Positions 36,841 through 48,659 of a stretch of 64,000 nt of DNA are shown here, piece after piece (the stretch's first letter is position 1; the number at the start of each line of letters is the position of its first letter). The DNA is from Heteronotia binoei (lineage: Eukaryota), in contig NC_083236.1 in the NCBI RefSeq assembly GCF_032191835.1, positions 24,986,001-25,050,000 on the forward strand, read 5' to 3'. The notes under the pieces are model-generated. The model saw only the letters and a list, made by a program, of their open reading frames with translations. It did no database searches and was not told the origin of the DNA. The position numbers were made by a program, and so were the translations under genes.

Positions 36841-39779
36841 GTCTAGACTATTCAGGTTGTTGTCACAATGATTATATATTTATTACCTAGTGTACCAACT
36901 GTACAATGACATTTTCTGGCCAACAGATCTGAGCTACTTTGCATTCAGATGAGGTGCATGTTCTATAATCACTGTGGGAAATTTTATGTATTATGTTTTA
37001 TCACTCACACGTCTTGTGAGGGGCATTGGCTTCACAGCAATTTATAGCTGCCAAGCAAAATCATGATGGCCACTCTTCTGTAGCCTCTTTCTAACCGGCT
37101 TTACAGCCTTGTAGGGTTCAGGGGTGTCTACATCCCTGGCATTGGGAGCTTATCCGTTGTGCCCCTTTCTGCCCCCATTTGGAGCTTGCATGGCCTCAGC
37201 CCCAGAGAAGCATGAGGCCTTGCAACGTGGGTCCCTCCTCATCTCTGCCAGGTCTCTCCTGCACACTATGGAGACAGCCCAGCCACCACATCCCTGGCCT
37301 GCTTCAAAGCCCATTTTGAGGTCAACGGAGCAGACAACACATGCCCAGACAGCTCCTCAAGTCTCACAAGAGCTAGCAGTCCTGCAAGTCTTCAGAGAAA
37401 CTCTAGACTGCATCTAAAGCACCAACATCTGGCAGCAGTAGCTGCATCGGGGCCTTAAAGGGCCCCAACTGTATCACCTCTGTTGTGGCAATCTGTCTTC
37501 TGCCATTGTCAGGCTTCTCTTTGGCATCACAGGGGTAAGGCTGCCAGGACAGACTCAAGAAATATCTGGGAACTTTGGGGGTGGAGCCAGGAGCAAGGCT
37601 GTGACAAGCACGACTGAACTTCAAAGGGAGTTCTGGCAATCACTTTTAAAGGAACCACACACCTTTTAAATGCCTTCCCTCCATTTGGAATATTGAAGCA
37701 TAGAGGCACCTTGTTTGGGGGCTCATAGAATTGGACCCCCTGATCCAACCTTTTTGAAATTTGGGGGTTGTTTGGAGGAGAGCCACAGGATGCTATGCTG
37801 AAAAAAACAGACCCCCCCCCCAGTCTTATGGATCAATTCTCCATTTACCCTGTGGGAATCAGTTTTCATAGGGTAAAATGGAGTGCCCAGCAGACAGTTC
37901 CCTCCCCCCCCCTGCCACTTTCTGATGACCCTGAAGCGGGGGGAGCGCCTCCAAACCAGAGGATCCCCTGTCCCCAACTGGAGATTGGCAACCCTACATA
38001 TAGGGTTTCTGGGCAACAAGTAAATCCAGGAGCAGTTCTAGGAATGATAGCAGGCCCCTTCCCAGAAAGTCAAAATGTGGGAACCATATTGTGAGTCAGG
38101 AGTAGGAGAGATAACATTACCTTCTCAGCCAGTGGTCACTGATGCTTATTCTTAAAGAAAAAATCTTGCAAATTCTCAGAGGACAAGTATCAGCATCTGT
38201 TTGTCATTTATATGGGGAAAGCCATCACCTCCATAGCTGTTTTTGCCAACAAGGAAAACATTACTGAACTTTGACAGGCCTCGGGTTAAACCTCAGAGAT
38301 TCATTCCACCTTTGAAGGTGCCTTCCCCTGATGAAGACACTCGGAACATCTTGTGTTGGAGAAAGTTTCTGCTCTAAAAAGGATCTGTGGAAAGGAACTC
38401 TTGGTTTGATCTACCAAGGCAATTCTTAGTTCTTACATCATAATTTTGTCTCCCTGTTTAAACAGTAACTGGAAAATAGACTTACATCACAGCCAATTTA
38501 TCTCACATCTTCCTCATGTCAAATAGCAGCTCATATTCCCATCTGACCATCTGTTCCTTCTCTTCTACCGGCATTTGTTTAACACTACGGAAAAATGCTC
38601 TGTAGAAATTATCAACCTTTGGTAACTGCAGGTCTAGGTCAATTCCACTGTGGGCCACTGTAGCCCTCATCACATGATCATTACCCACGAGAACAAACTA
38701 GATGCAGAAGAACAACCCATTTCTGTGTACTACTACACCTTCTTCAAAACCACAGAGACAGCAGCAGCTTCCATATCCTCTTAGTAACCTCTCATATTTG
38801 TGTCATGAGTAATCCTACCACATATGGCTCTTTACAGTTAGAGCTGCCACCTGAAGAACTTCAAAATAAGGAACACGTTCTAAGGTTGTAAGAAAAGAAC
38901 CTTGAATGTGTTTCAGGAAATAGGGAACTATTATCGGAAATAAGAGTTGAAGGAACACCAAGCCTATTTATAATCCATATATAATCTGTATATTCCCCCC
39001 AGCATATACGATCCAATGGAAATTCTCCTGGCTAACCACTTTGAAAGCAGGGGCTGCTTGATTTTAACGTACAAATTATATTTATTTTTTAAAATTATAT
39101 ACCGCTCTGCCTTCTTTACAGGATTTAAGGTGGCTCATGAGTTAATAAAAATACACCAATAATAAAAGCAACTCCTTTGACTTCTACACAACAAAGACCC
39201 TTTTAAAACTCTCTCTCTCTCATCACATCACAGAATAGATTATCATAAAGCGTGCTAAATGGGGCAGCCCTTGAAGATAACATAGAAACTACAGCTGGTT
39301 CAAAATGTGGCACTGGGATTGTTGACGGGAGCATGGTGTTACATGCACAAGTCTTATCCTTCAATCTTTACATTGGCTTCCATGTTCACACTAAAAGTGC
39401 TGGTCTTAACCTTCAAAGGCCTTCACAACCCAAGACTTTCCCATGTATAAACCACCCCAATCAGTTCCTTCCCCTTGCAGGTTGCGTGTGTATGTGACGA
39501 TCAGCTAAGCCTCTAGCAGGAAATCATCAGTCCATGGCAAGAGTTTCAACTCACTTTCTCCTACTAAATAACCGGAAACTTGACTGTTGATGCAGAATAT
39601 GATCCCTCTCGTGAGTGAGCCCTCTAATAACCTGGAGAAGTCTAATGGTTGCATTGGTGGCTAAGGAGTCCTGAACAAAGAGGATGAACCACAGGCAAAA
39701 AGGTCACCCAGTTAGCTTTACAGCTGAGCAAGGATTTGAATCCAGATTTCTGCCAGCCAAGTCGGACCCGCTAGCCATG

Positions 39780-40213
39780 ACATCTCCCATGTTCTCAGAT
39801 GAGCAAAGATTGAGTCCAGTAGCACCTTTAGACAGGGGGTTTTTTTAAGAAAAAGCCCAGTAGGAACTTGTTTGAATATTAAGTCATACCCCCTGATGTC
39901 ACCATTGTTTCTCACGATGTTTTCTACAAAAAAAGCCCAGCAGGAACTCATTTGCATGTTAGGCCACACCCCCTGATGCCAAGCCAGTCAGAATTACATT
40001 CCCGTGCATTCCTGCTCAAAAAAAAGCCCTGCCTTTAGAACCAACAAAGTTTAACTTTAAGCTTTCATGTGCATGCACACTTATTCACTATCTGAAGAAG
40101 TGTGGATGCACATGAAAGCTTCTACTCAGAATTAAAAATGTGTTGGTCTTAAAGGTGTCACTGAGCTCAAACTTTGTTCTGTTGCTTCAGAACAACACAG
40201 CTACCCACCTGAA
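39780..40213. mobile_element. Inverted pair of Penelope-like termini with hammerhead motif, interrupted by a hAT MITE
   Basis: Plus arm CTGAAGAAGTGTGGATGCACATGAAAGCTT...GTTGGTCTTAAAGGTGTCACTG; mirrored minus arm to the left. Confidence 0.8.
39833..40031. mobile_element. hAT-like MITE inserted into a PLE terminus
   Basis: CAGGGG(T)n...(A)nGCCCTG; perfect TSD CCTTTAGA. Confidence 0.88.
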
Positions 40214-40271
40214 CCTATGGTTCTCAGACAGATACAGTAATCCAGACATTAGGATTAATAAAGAACAATAA

Positions 40272-40470
40272 TTGTGTGCTGTCAAGTCACAGGTGACTCA
40301 TGACAACCCCAGGACCATGGGGTTTTTAAGGCAAGACATGAGCAGTAGCAGTTTATCATTGCCTTTCTCTGCATAGCAACCCAGCTCTTCCTTGGTAGTC
40401 TCCCATCCAGTAGTAACCATGACTGACCCTGCTTAGCTTTTAAACTGATAAAATATGGTTAGTTTGGGCT
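40272..40470 (-). mobile_element. 5S-derived SINE
   Basis: Reverse complement of the 5S-SINE family. Confidence 0.7.
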
Positions 40471-41035
40471 ATTAGGCAGCTTGACAATAGGATTAGGGGA
40501 AAGGAAGTGTGATCTGCTTCACTGTGATTTAAACTTTACTCCTTGCTTTATTCTCCAGAGTACTGCAATTCTTGCACAGAAATTGACCCTTATGTCCTTT
40601 CTGGCTATCTAATCATAAACACTACTGACAAAATGTCCTGCCCTTAGAAAACTAGCAGTACGTCAGGAAGAAGTATTATGGGTTAGCCTTTCTCACGCAT
40701 ACACCAGCTTTCTAGATGCAAAGTGGTGTTTTATATTTTAACATGGAGGAGGATTCAATCACATGATTTCCCCCAACTCTTAAGTGCTTTATCTGAATGC
40801 AAAGATTTAGCTCAACGTTCTTTTAGGACTACTGAAACCACACTATTCACAAAGCAGTAAAGAAATTTTGTAGATACGGTATTTGTATGATTCTTTATAC
40901 ACACTTATATGTTACCAAAGAACTTAAAATGCAAATTAATATGTAAAAGCTGATATGTCCATAGAAGCTCCAAGAATTAAGTTATGTCTTCTTTAGCAAC
41001 CCTGCAGTATTCCACGTGCTTTTGGAATAACAGGG

Positions 41036-41320
41036 TAAAGGTAAAGGTAGTCCCCTGTACAAGCACCAGTCATTTCCGACTCTTGGGTGACGTCGCATCA
41101 CATTTTCATGGCAGACTTTCTATGGGGTGGTTTGCCATTGCCTTCCCCAATCATTTACACTTTCCCCCCAGCAAGCTGGGTACTCATTTTACCGACCTTG
41201 GAAGGATGGAAGGCTGAGTCAACCTTGAGCAGGCTACCTGAACCCAACTTCCGCTGGGATCAAACTCAGGTTGTGAGCAGAGCTTGGACTGCAGTACTGA
41301 ACGTTATCACTCTACACCAC
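41036..41320 (-). mobile_element. tRNA/RTE-tail SINE
   Basis: AAAGGTAAAGGT tail and body as in 224-504. Confidence 0.8.
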
Positions 41321-42663
41321 AGAACTGCTACATTACCATTAATGCATAAATAAATATACATAGGCAATGATGTGAGAGGCAGGGTGCAATTGTTATACTA
41401 CATCAATTCGCGTCATCTTGCATATTCATAACCTTACATATTGACTCAACTACCATGGTTAACAGCTCCGGGTTGGGAAATACCTGGAGATTTGGGGGGC
41501 TGGGTTTGCGGAAAGGAGGGGCTTCAATGAAGTCTAATGCCACAGAGTCCACCTTCTAAAGCAGCCATTTTCTCCAAGCGAACTGATCTCTGTCCCCTGG
41601 AGGTAACTTGTAATCCCAGGAGATCCCCCAGCTACCACCTGGAGATTGGTAACCCTGAGAACTACAGCCAAACTGAAATACATTTTTAATCCTTTTTTGT
41701 ACTGAAACAACTGAGATCATTCACTTATTTGTCTGTTTTACCCATTCTGTGTTCAGAATAATTCACAGGTGTGCACTGGTGTAATTTAGATCAGGATCTT
41801 GGTGCTGTGAAGCAGGAGTCGTCTCTTCACCTCCCCCCCCCCCACACACACAATTTTCTCAGCCTGAAACACCCTGGGAAGCTATTTGCCTAGTTGGAGA
41901 AATGTACATAAAAAACCCTCCCCACATGCTGCACTCCATATTGGAACATCCGGCACCTAAGAATTAAGTGATAAGCACAGAAATCCTAGACCAGAACTTG
42001 TCAACAGGATTCATGGCGGACCTCTATACGACACCATGATGGGAACATGGATACTCTGTAATGTGTGAATCGACCCCTACTTGCATCTAGTGATGTCATC
42101 ACAGTAGCAAATTGAACATGTCACTAAGTCTTGCAAAGAACACCTCATCATCCCTGGTTTGGTGGGACTGGCCCTCTGAACAATCCCAAACCAAGGAAGT
42201 CACATTAGCCAAGAAAAGGGAATCCAAAAGACATGAGTGAGAGAAACAATGGCAGCCAACAGAAGGCAATAGAAGGTGAATATTCACAAAGTACTTTTTA
42301 AATAAATATGCTCCATTGAAATTGCTACTTGATCCCTGAAAAGCAAAAATGGAGAAATAGACAGTGGTGAAACTGCCACCTCAGCACAGCTTTGAACGTC
42401 CCTTCACTCGCACACCCACACAAATTTAATAATTGGGAATCTGCCAAGGTACTGTTTTCGAATCAGATTGCTTATATAAACACCAGGGTTCCTTTCAGAA
42501 AATTCCTTTGCAGTTTTCAGTTCATCGCCATGGTCCAGACATCACACATTGCTTCCTTCCAAACTGTGGACAGAACCAAACCCTGATCCCTTACAGAGTT
42601 ATATATACAATACAAGCCTATATAATCCAAGTAAAGAAATCCTCCAGTTTCTTAGCATAGCTG

Positions 42664-42830
42664 GATTAAGGTGGACAACCTTGTTGGTCTGAAGCAACAG
42701 AAAAAAGTGGGGGTCCAGTGGCACATTAAGACCAACAAAGTTTTATTCACTAAAGCTCACACTTTGAATAAAACTTCATTGGCCTTAAAGGTTCCACTGG
42801 ACTCCCACTTTGTTCTATTAGCACAGCTAC
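42664..42830. mobile_element. Inverted pair of Penelope-like terminal fragments
   Basis: GGTCCAGTGGCACATTAAGACCAACAAAGTTTTATTCA mirrored by TGAATAAAACTTCATTGGCCTTAAAGGTTCCACTGGACTCC. Confidence 0.75.
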
Positions 42831-42972
42831 TGATTGCTTGAGCTTGTCTTTCTTGATAAGCGCTACTAATGTGCGTTGATATGAAAGTTCCGTTTGTAAC
42901 ATCTGCTCTGTGAGTCATTCCCATATTCAAGGGTTGAGCATGCATGTCTGAACCATCTCGCTTTGTCACTTT

Positions 42973-43259
42973 GGGTGTTTTCGCACTCACGTTTTACTGG
43001 CGCCACGACCCTCCTGACGCCGGCGAATCTGCATGGATTTCGCAACAGAAGCGCCGGCGCTCCCAGAAGCGCCGGCGCTTTCCGTCGCTAAGCCAGCGCA
43101 AACGTTTTCCTGCATCTTTGCGATTTCCGTTTGCGCTGGCTTAGCGACGGAAGTAGCCAGCGCTTCTGGGAGCGCCGGAGCTTCTGTTGCGAAATCCATG
43201 CAGATTCGCCGGCGTCAGGATGGTCGTGGCGCCAGTAAAACGTGAGTGTGAAAACGGCC
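42973..43259. mobile_element. Palindromic PIF/Harbinger-type MITE, copy 1
   Basis: 287-bp near-perfect hairpin; flanked by TTT on both sides. Confidence 0.88.
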
Positions 43260-44594
43260 TTTCAGTACTTCTTTGCTACTTCCCTCCCTTCACCAGCCAA
43301 GCCAGCCCATTCTACAGCCTCAATCCTGAAACCACCGAGTCATTAGCCATTGTTGATCGTATGAAGGTGCTAGAACTGAAATGAGAGGAGTTCACAGTTC
43401 AGATACTGCCCCTGTAGAGTGGCCATTGTGACAAAAAGCTACAACTGTCTATTATCACATACACCAGCAGTAGGGGGTGAATCCTGCTTTATGATGGTCA
43501 AGAACCCAATAAGAAACCTGGATGGTATGACACTGCAGGACTGTGGTCCCCACTAAAGCTCGGAGCAAACAAGTGTTGCTCTGTTTGTCTATCCCAGGTT
43601 CCTTCCATGTTCACCCTACATATGCAAGTGAGTCGGCTCAGTTTCAATGAGATGCCAGCCTCATGAATATATTTTCTTATACGCCCAGCATCACTTTATA
43701 GACTTGACCACAGGTATGTTTATTTTCATTTTCTACAATAAATGAGCTTGCCTTTTGAAATCCCTTTTTGCACTCGTAAAGCAGGTATTCCAGCTCTCCA
43801 AAGTTTCAAACAGCATACTGGTCCACACAAAATCCAAATCCGTTGGGTCATTTTAATCTATAGTCTTTCCAGAGATGCTTTTTGAGATATGAATGACTAG
43901 AAATGTAAATCATCTTCTGATCAATTTGCATACTTTCACTGCAGGATCAAATCTCTTTTTATACAGGTTCAACTGTCACAGCTTCTCTCAATAAGGGCCG
44001 ACTGGTGAAGGAGCTTAAATTGTTGTTTTGTATTCTTAGCACTCTCCTTCCATCTACAAAGCTACAGTTCCCTGTGGACAAAGAAAATGAGTCTGGTCCT
44101 CACTTAAGTCTCAGGAGCATAGAAATGTCCGCTGTGTAATTGCACGATAGATTCTATTAAAAATGAGGCTTCCCCTCCATCATTTGTCTTCCCGCCCCAT
44201 CCTTCCTACCCCTTCTTCTTCATTCCCACCCACAAAGCCCCTCCTGAAAATTCCAAACTTCTCATCCTCCCCCTTACAGTCCCTCCATTCTACCCTCCCA
44301 CAAGACCTCTCCCTTTCCTTCCCTCTGCCTACACCAACCTTTTCTCAGCATCAACTGCTCCCCTCTATCGCTTTACCTGCTCTTCCACTCAAACCTTTTG
44401 GTCCCCTTCTGGCTTCATGAACACATCATCCCGTCCACTGTTCCCTTCCACAGGGGTCTCCTGGCTTCTAATGCAACAACAACAAAATCCACTCTCTTAG
44501 AAATGCTTCAATCCTCCTCCATCTCCATCCCAACTTGAATTCCCACGGGCAATGTTGGATGCCTTGTTTTGAAAGATACTGGAGGCTCCAAGCC

Positions 44595-44720
44595 ACATCC
44601 TCTCACTGGTCTGCAGTAGATTTAAGTCCAGTAGCACCTTAGAAACCAACAAGGTTTTGGGGGCATATAAACTTTGGTGATTCAAAGCTCCCTTCGTTAT
44701 ATATGAGTAGGAACAGAGAT
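44595..44720 (-). mobile_element. Penelope-like terminal fragment, decayed
   Basis: AAGTCCAGTAGCACCTTAGAAACCAAC motif with a decayed hammerhead-like segment. Confidence 0.55.
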
Positions 44721-45879
44721 CTCTGAGTCTTTATACCCCCGTCAGAAGGTAGGAGGAGTGTTGTAAAAAGGAACTTAGGATGCAGAGGTAAACTTTATAT
44801 TGCAAATGCCCTTACTCCAGATACACAGGGCTGTCTGTGGAAAAAGAAAAGCAATTCTCTGCATGTTCACAGATGCTCTCTTTTATCACTGCTTCACACC
44901 TTCTGAAACATGCTTAACTTATGCCTCCCCAGCTTGTCACATGTGCTGCTGAGGAAGTTCCTTTTTGCTCAAGAGCTTATACAGACATGCACAAGCACAC
45001 ACTCTGAACTGTCCCACAAGCTCTGTGAATGCACAGCCACCACATGCTGGGATGAGTTTGTATTTTTTTTCAAGGGCCAGGAATATGGATTCAATCCGCT
45101 CCACCCCTATCTTCAACCCACAGTCTCCTGGGTCTAGCATCCCTCCCACCTTAACCACACCAGTTTTGGAAGGGGATATCCCTGGCCCTTGTCCCAAGAT
45201 GCATGTGTGCAATCATCTCAGAGTTGCCACTGAGCATGTACAGAGTGCATGTTCTTCATTACTGAGCAACTTGCTACATGGCCCCAAACAATTACACTGA
45301 ACAACGGGGTGTCCTTTGTGCTGCAAACGGATCCAAGTCCCTTTGCCCCTTCAGTGTCCCTTGATAACGCTTAGTGGGAATGCACTAGGAACACTTTGTC
45401 TGGTGAAAGCTTTATGGTCGTTTTCCCAGACCTTCTGCCAGGGTTGTATTTCTGGGCCACACCTGCCCACCTCCCCGTTACTTCCCTGGCACGTCTACCA
45501 GAACCATCCCAGTGACCTGCTTTGGGGCTTCAAAACAAGCCACTAAAAGGCAAACACCAAAGAAAGCGCTATGGAACAACCCCGGGAAGCAGATCCAGTT
45601 CAGATAGGCCTTCGAAATAAGTGGTGATGCTTCCTTGGGCCGAACCACTTCAGGCTGAAGGGGAGGGGGCATTTTGAATGCTCTCCAAGGGGGGGGGGGG
45701 GCGGTAAACAAATCCCTGCTATTAAAAAAAAAACGGGGGGGGGGAGGATTCAACCTAGCCTTGACATGCCATTTTTTTATGCGCAGAAAGCTATTTTCCC
45801 TACGAAAGGATATTCAAACAAGCGCACCCACCCACTCACCTGCAGCCTGAACTGGCAAAGTCCTGGGCGAAGCCTTATT

Positions 45880-47860
45880 GTTTGTCTAGTTGGTCGTCTG
45901 CACTGGAGCGCTCTCTAAGGAATATGCGGGGGATCGGGGCCTTGGCCCACTGAGGTGTGTTTACCTATTACAAAGAACCCCCCCCCCCCAATTTTCTTGC
46001 GCGCAGATAGTTTCCCAGTCCCAACTGGCGCGCGTGTGCATGTGTTTGGGGGTTGCACATCCAGCCTCTAACCCCCCCTCCCCCTCCCCGTTGCAAAGCG
46101 ACGTCCGGAGCTTTCCTCCCGCATGTAGCCCGCCCGCGACGGGTTCCACGCGCTGACTGCTGCCTCTCGAAATAACTGCGCCACAAACAAAACAGTCACC
46201 CAAAAAGGCGGCTGGGCCAGCGCTCCATTCAAACCCAAATGCCGTGTGTGTGGGGGGGGGGGCACCTCGGGCTATTTCCAGCGCGAGACCAACGCGGACC
46301 CCTTTCCCTCGTTTTATTTTCACCACGGATTAAGGACGGGAGCGAAAAAGTATCCGAACCATTCCAAGATTCTTCCCTCCTCCCCCTCCTCGGTGCGCGA
46401 CCCCCACCCCCTTCCCGCTCGCCCGGTCTTAAGTAGGAGCGATTCGGTGTCTCCAAAAAGAAGGGCGGAACTGCAGGGTAGACGGACGCCCCCTCTCCCG
46501 CTTAACTTCTTCCGTGCATGTCTGCTTTTACAACGGGACTTTCCAAGGCTTGCTTTTACGCACGAGGAGGACCTCGCTAGACTTGAGCAAACGGAGCCCT
46601 GCTCTCCGCACAACGTGGAAGAGACTTCCCGCCCCCCCCCCGCCCAACTTCCACGCCTGCCTGTGCAAACAAACCACCTTTGCAAACCTTCCGAGGTCTC
46701 GTTACACGTGCAAAAGAATGCCTTTGATCTCCCGATCGCGCCACAGAATTTATGAAAGGAGAGTGGGGGGGAGGGGGCAGGTTAGAAGGAGGAAGAGCGC
46801 AGCACGAAAATATTGGGGGGGGGGGGGCTGTTTTTGTCTTTGCAACGGTTCTTACAAACTTTGTTCGGAAGCGCGCTCACCTGGGGTGGTCTAGGGGAAT
46901 CGAAGCACTACGCGCGTTAAGAAGACTGCTGGAGCTGGATTCCCCCCCCCCTCTAATTTTGCAAGACTTTTTATTAAGAGCCCTTTTTGCCGGATCCAAC
47001 CAAAGAATCGGCCGGCCCGTGGCTCCCGCGGAGCCGCCTCTTGCTTCGGTTTGCCTCCCAAGACCTGAAAGGGCACCGAAGCAAAGAAGAGATCCAGAAG
47101 CCCCGCAAGCGCGGAAACAGCCTGCGAGGCGACCGGCAAGCTGTGCACAAGCGACGAAGGCTCGGACGAAGCAGGAGGATGCTTCCTCCAATCCCCACGC
47201 CGCCGCCGCCGCCGCTCCTTCCCACTTTGCGATCCTCGAAGAAGCACTGACCCGAACAGGGCTTCCTCCTGAGTAAACCCGCTGGGGATCGCGCGGCACA
47301 GCCGCATCCTGGGGATTTTCCCCTGCCGCCCAAGAAAATCGCAACAAGGGGAGGGAGAGGAAAAGCCGACTGCGGATAATAATGATTATTATTTGTTCGT
47401 CCTTGTCCCTTGCTTACCGTGGTAGAAACGACCATGGCATCCGTGTGAACGTTTGCAGGGAAGTCGACATGAAGAGAGAGAGGTGGATGGATATAATCTG
47501 GTCATTCAAAAAAGAAGAAGAAGAAGAAAAGAGGTCCACAGATGTCTTGTGCAGAAACTTGCTGGGCTCTGCTGCGGGTGAGGAGTCTTTAAAACTCTGA
47601 GTCCCGCGAACACGAATCTGCTCGATTATAACAAACCAGCAGCCAGATGGCTCGCCGCATTAACCCCTGCCGCGCCGGCCGCGCTCTCCTGCGCCGCGGC
47701 TCTTGGCCGCGGTCAAACCCGGGCTGAGAAAAAACAGATTGACAAGCCCGGAGACGGCCCGGGGTGTTTTTTGTTTTATTTTATCTGCAGGCTTTCCTCT
47801 TCATACTCCCCCCCCCCCTCCTTATACGTACGTGTTTTATATGCATCCAATTTAGCTCCC
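45880..47860. promoter_or_regulatory. CpG island / probable promoter
   Basis: Abrupt rise in GC and CpG content with no recognisable repeats, (GCC)n tract and G-runs, in a CpG-depleted background. Confidence 0.85.
47418..47620 (-). other. Probable first exon of an unidentified gene (5' end approximate)
   Basis: Minus strand reads GCCATGGTCGTTTCTACCACG|GTAAGC: strong Kozak ATG (47435), MVVSTT, then a consensus donor at 47417. Two other upstream ATGs lie in the other frames. Confidence 0.5.
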
Positions 47861-48623
47861 CCCCACCTCCCGCAACTTAAAAAAAAAAAAAACTAGTGAC
47901 CGAGAACAGCATCTGTCCAAAAATAAAAATCGGATGGAATTCCTTGCTGATCCCGGGTGTTTACTGCAAAATCGCCAGTCCCCACGGAGTTCAAGGGGAT
48001 GCTTGCAGACCCAGCCAAAGCGTGTTTATTCAAAAAGTAGACCCCAACTGGAGCCTTGCTCCCTAGGAACTTTGCTTAGAATTGCAGCCATAAATTGTTA
48101 CCATCCCTTCTCAACTTCCAGCTGGGAAGAGGACAATAAAATAGAATCAACAGCAGCACATCTTCCCCTTCTTAAATCTACACCCAGGAAAGGTGACAGC
48201 AAATGGTTAATTTCTGTTCACACATTTAAAGGCACTCAAAACAAAGGAGGAGCCAGGAGAAAACTGTAACTCTGCTTGCTTTAAAAACTTTTTTTTAAAT
48301 ATATATTTTAAAATCAGGTTTGAACCCAGCAGTGCTTGATTGGGTCCCTTTTGCTATCAAATCAGAATCCTACCCGCCAATCAGGTTTCCAAGAGTGGGC
48401 ATGAGAATTTGATTTGTAGGTGATCCCATTAAGAAAAGAAAGAAAAAAAAAGGAGGGGGGGGGTTCAAACCTAAATTCCTCTGCAGCAACCAGCAGCAAC
48501 CGGTTCTCAACCTTTTTTTTTTTCAAAACTTTTATCTTGCTGGCTCACCCAGAAGCAAGGCGATAATTTTAGCTGCATGCCTCCTTAATTCTCCCTCTAA
48601 ATTTATATGCTTAAATCATTGCT

Positions 48624-48659
48624 TGTGTGTGTGTGTGCGCGCGTGCACGCGCACATGTG
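48624..48659. repeat. Alternating purine-pyrimidine (TG/CG) tract
   Basis: TGTGTGTGTGTGTGCGCGCGTGCACGCGCACATGTG. Confidence 0.85.

Noticed and set aside
38640-38680. EGF-like CDEGYSGPQ peptide on the minus strand
   Set aside because: Bounded by stop codons on both sides and lacks the other cysteines.
42944-43245. Mirror-image ORFs (also 16659-16898, 52029-52250)
   Set aside because: Artefacts of palindromic GC-rich MITEs.
45890-47435. Many overlapping 100-170-aa ORFs in the CpG island
   Set aside because: They occur in all six frames, are low-complexity Arg/Pro/Gly/Ala and show no recognisable domain; this is expected from stop-codon scarcity in GC-rich DNA.
47418-47435. Assigning a gene symbol from MVVSTT or the alternative-frame peptides
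   Set aside because: I do not recognise any of the three frames, so no symbol is given.
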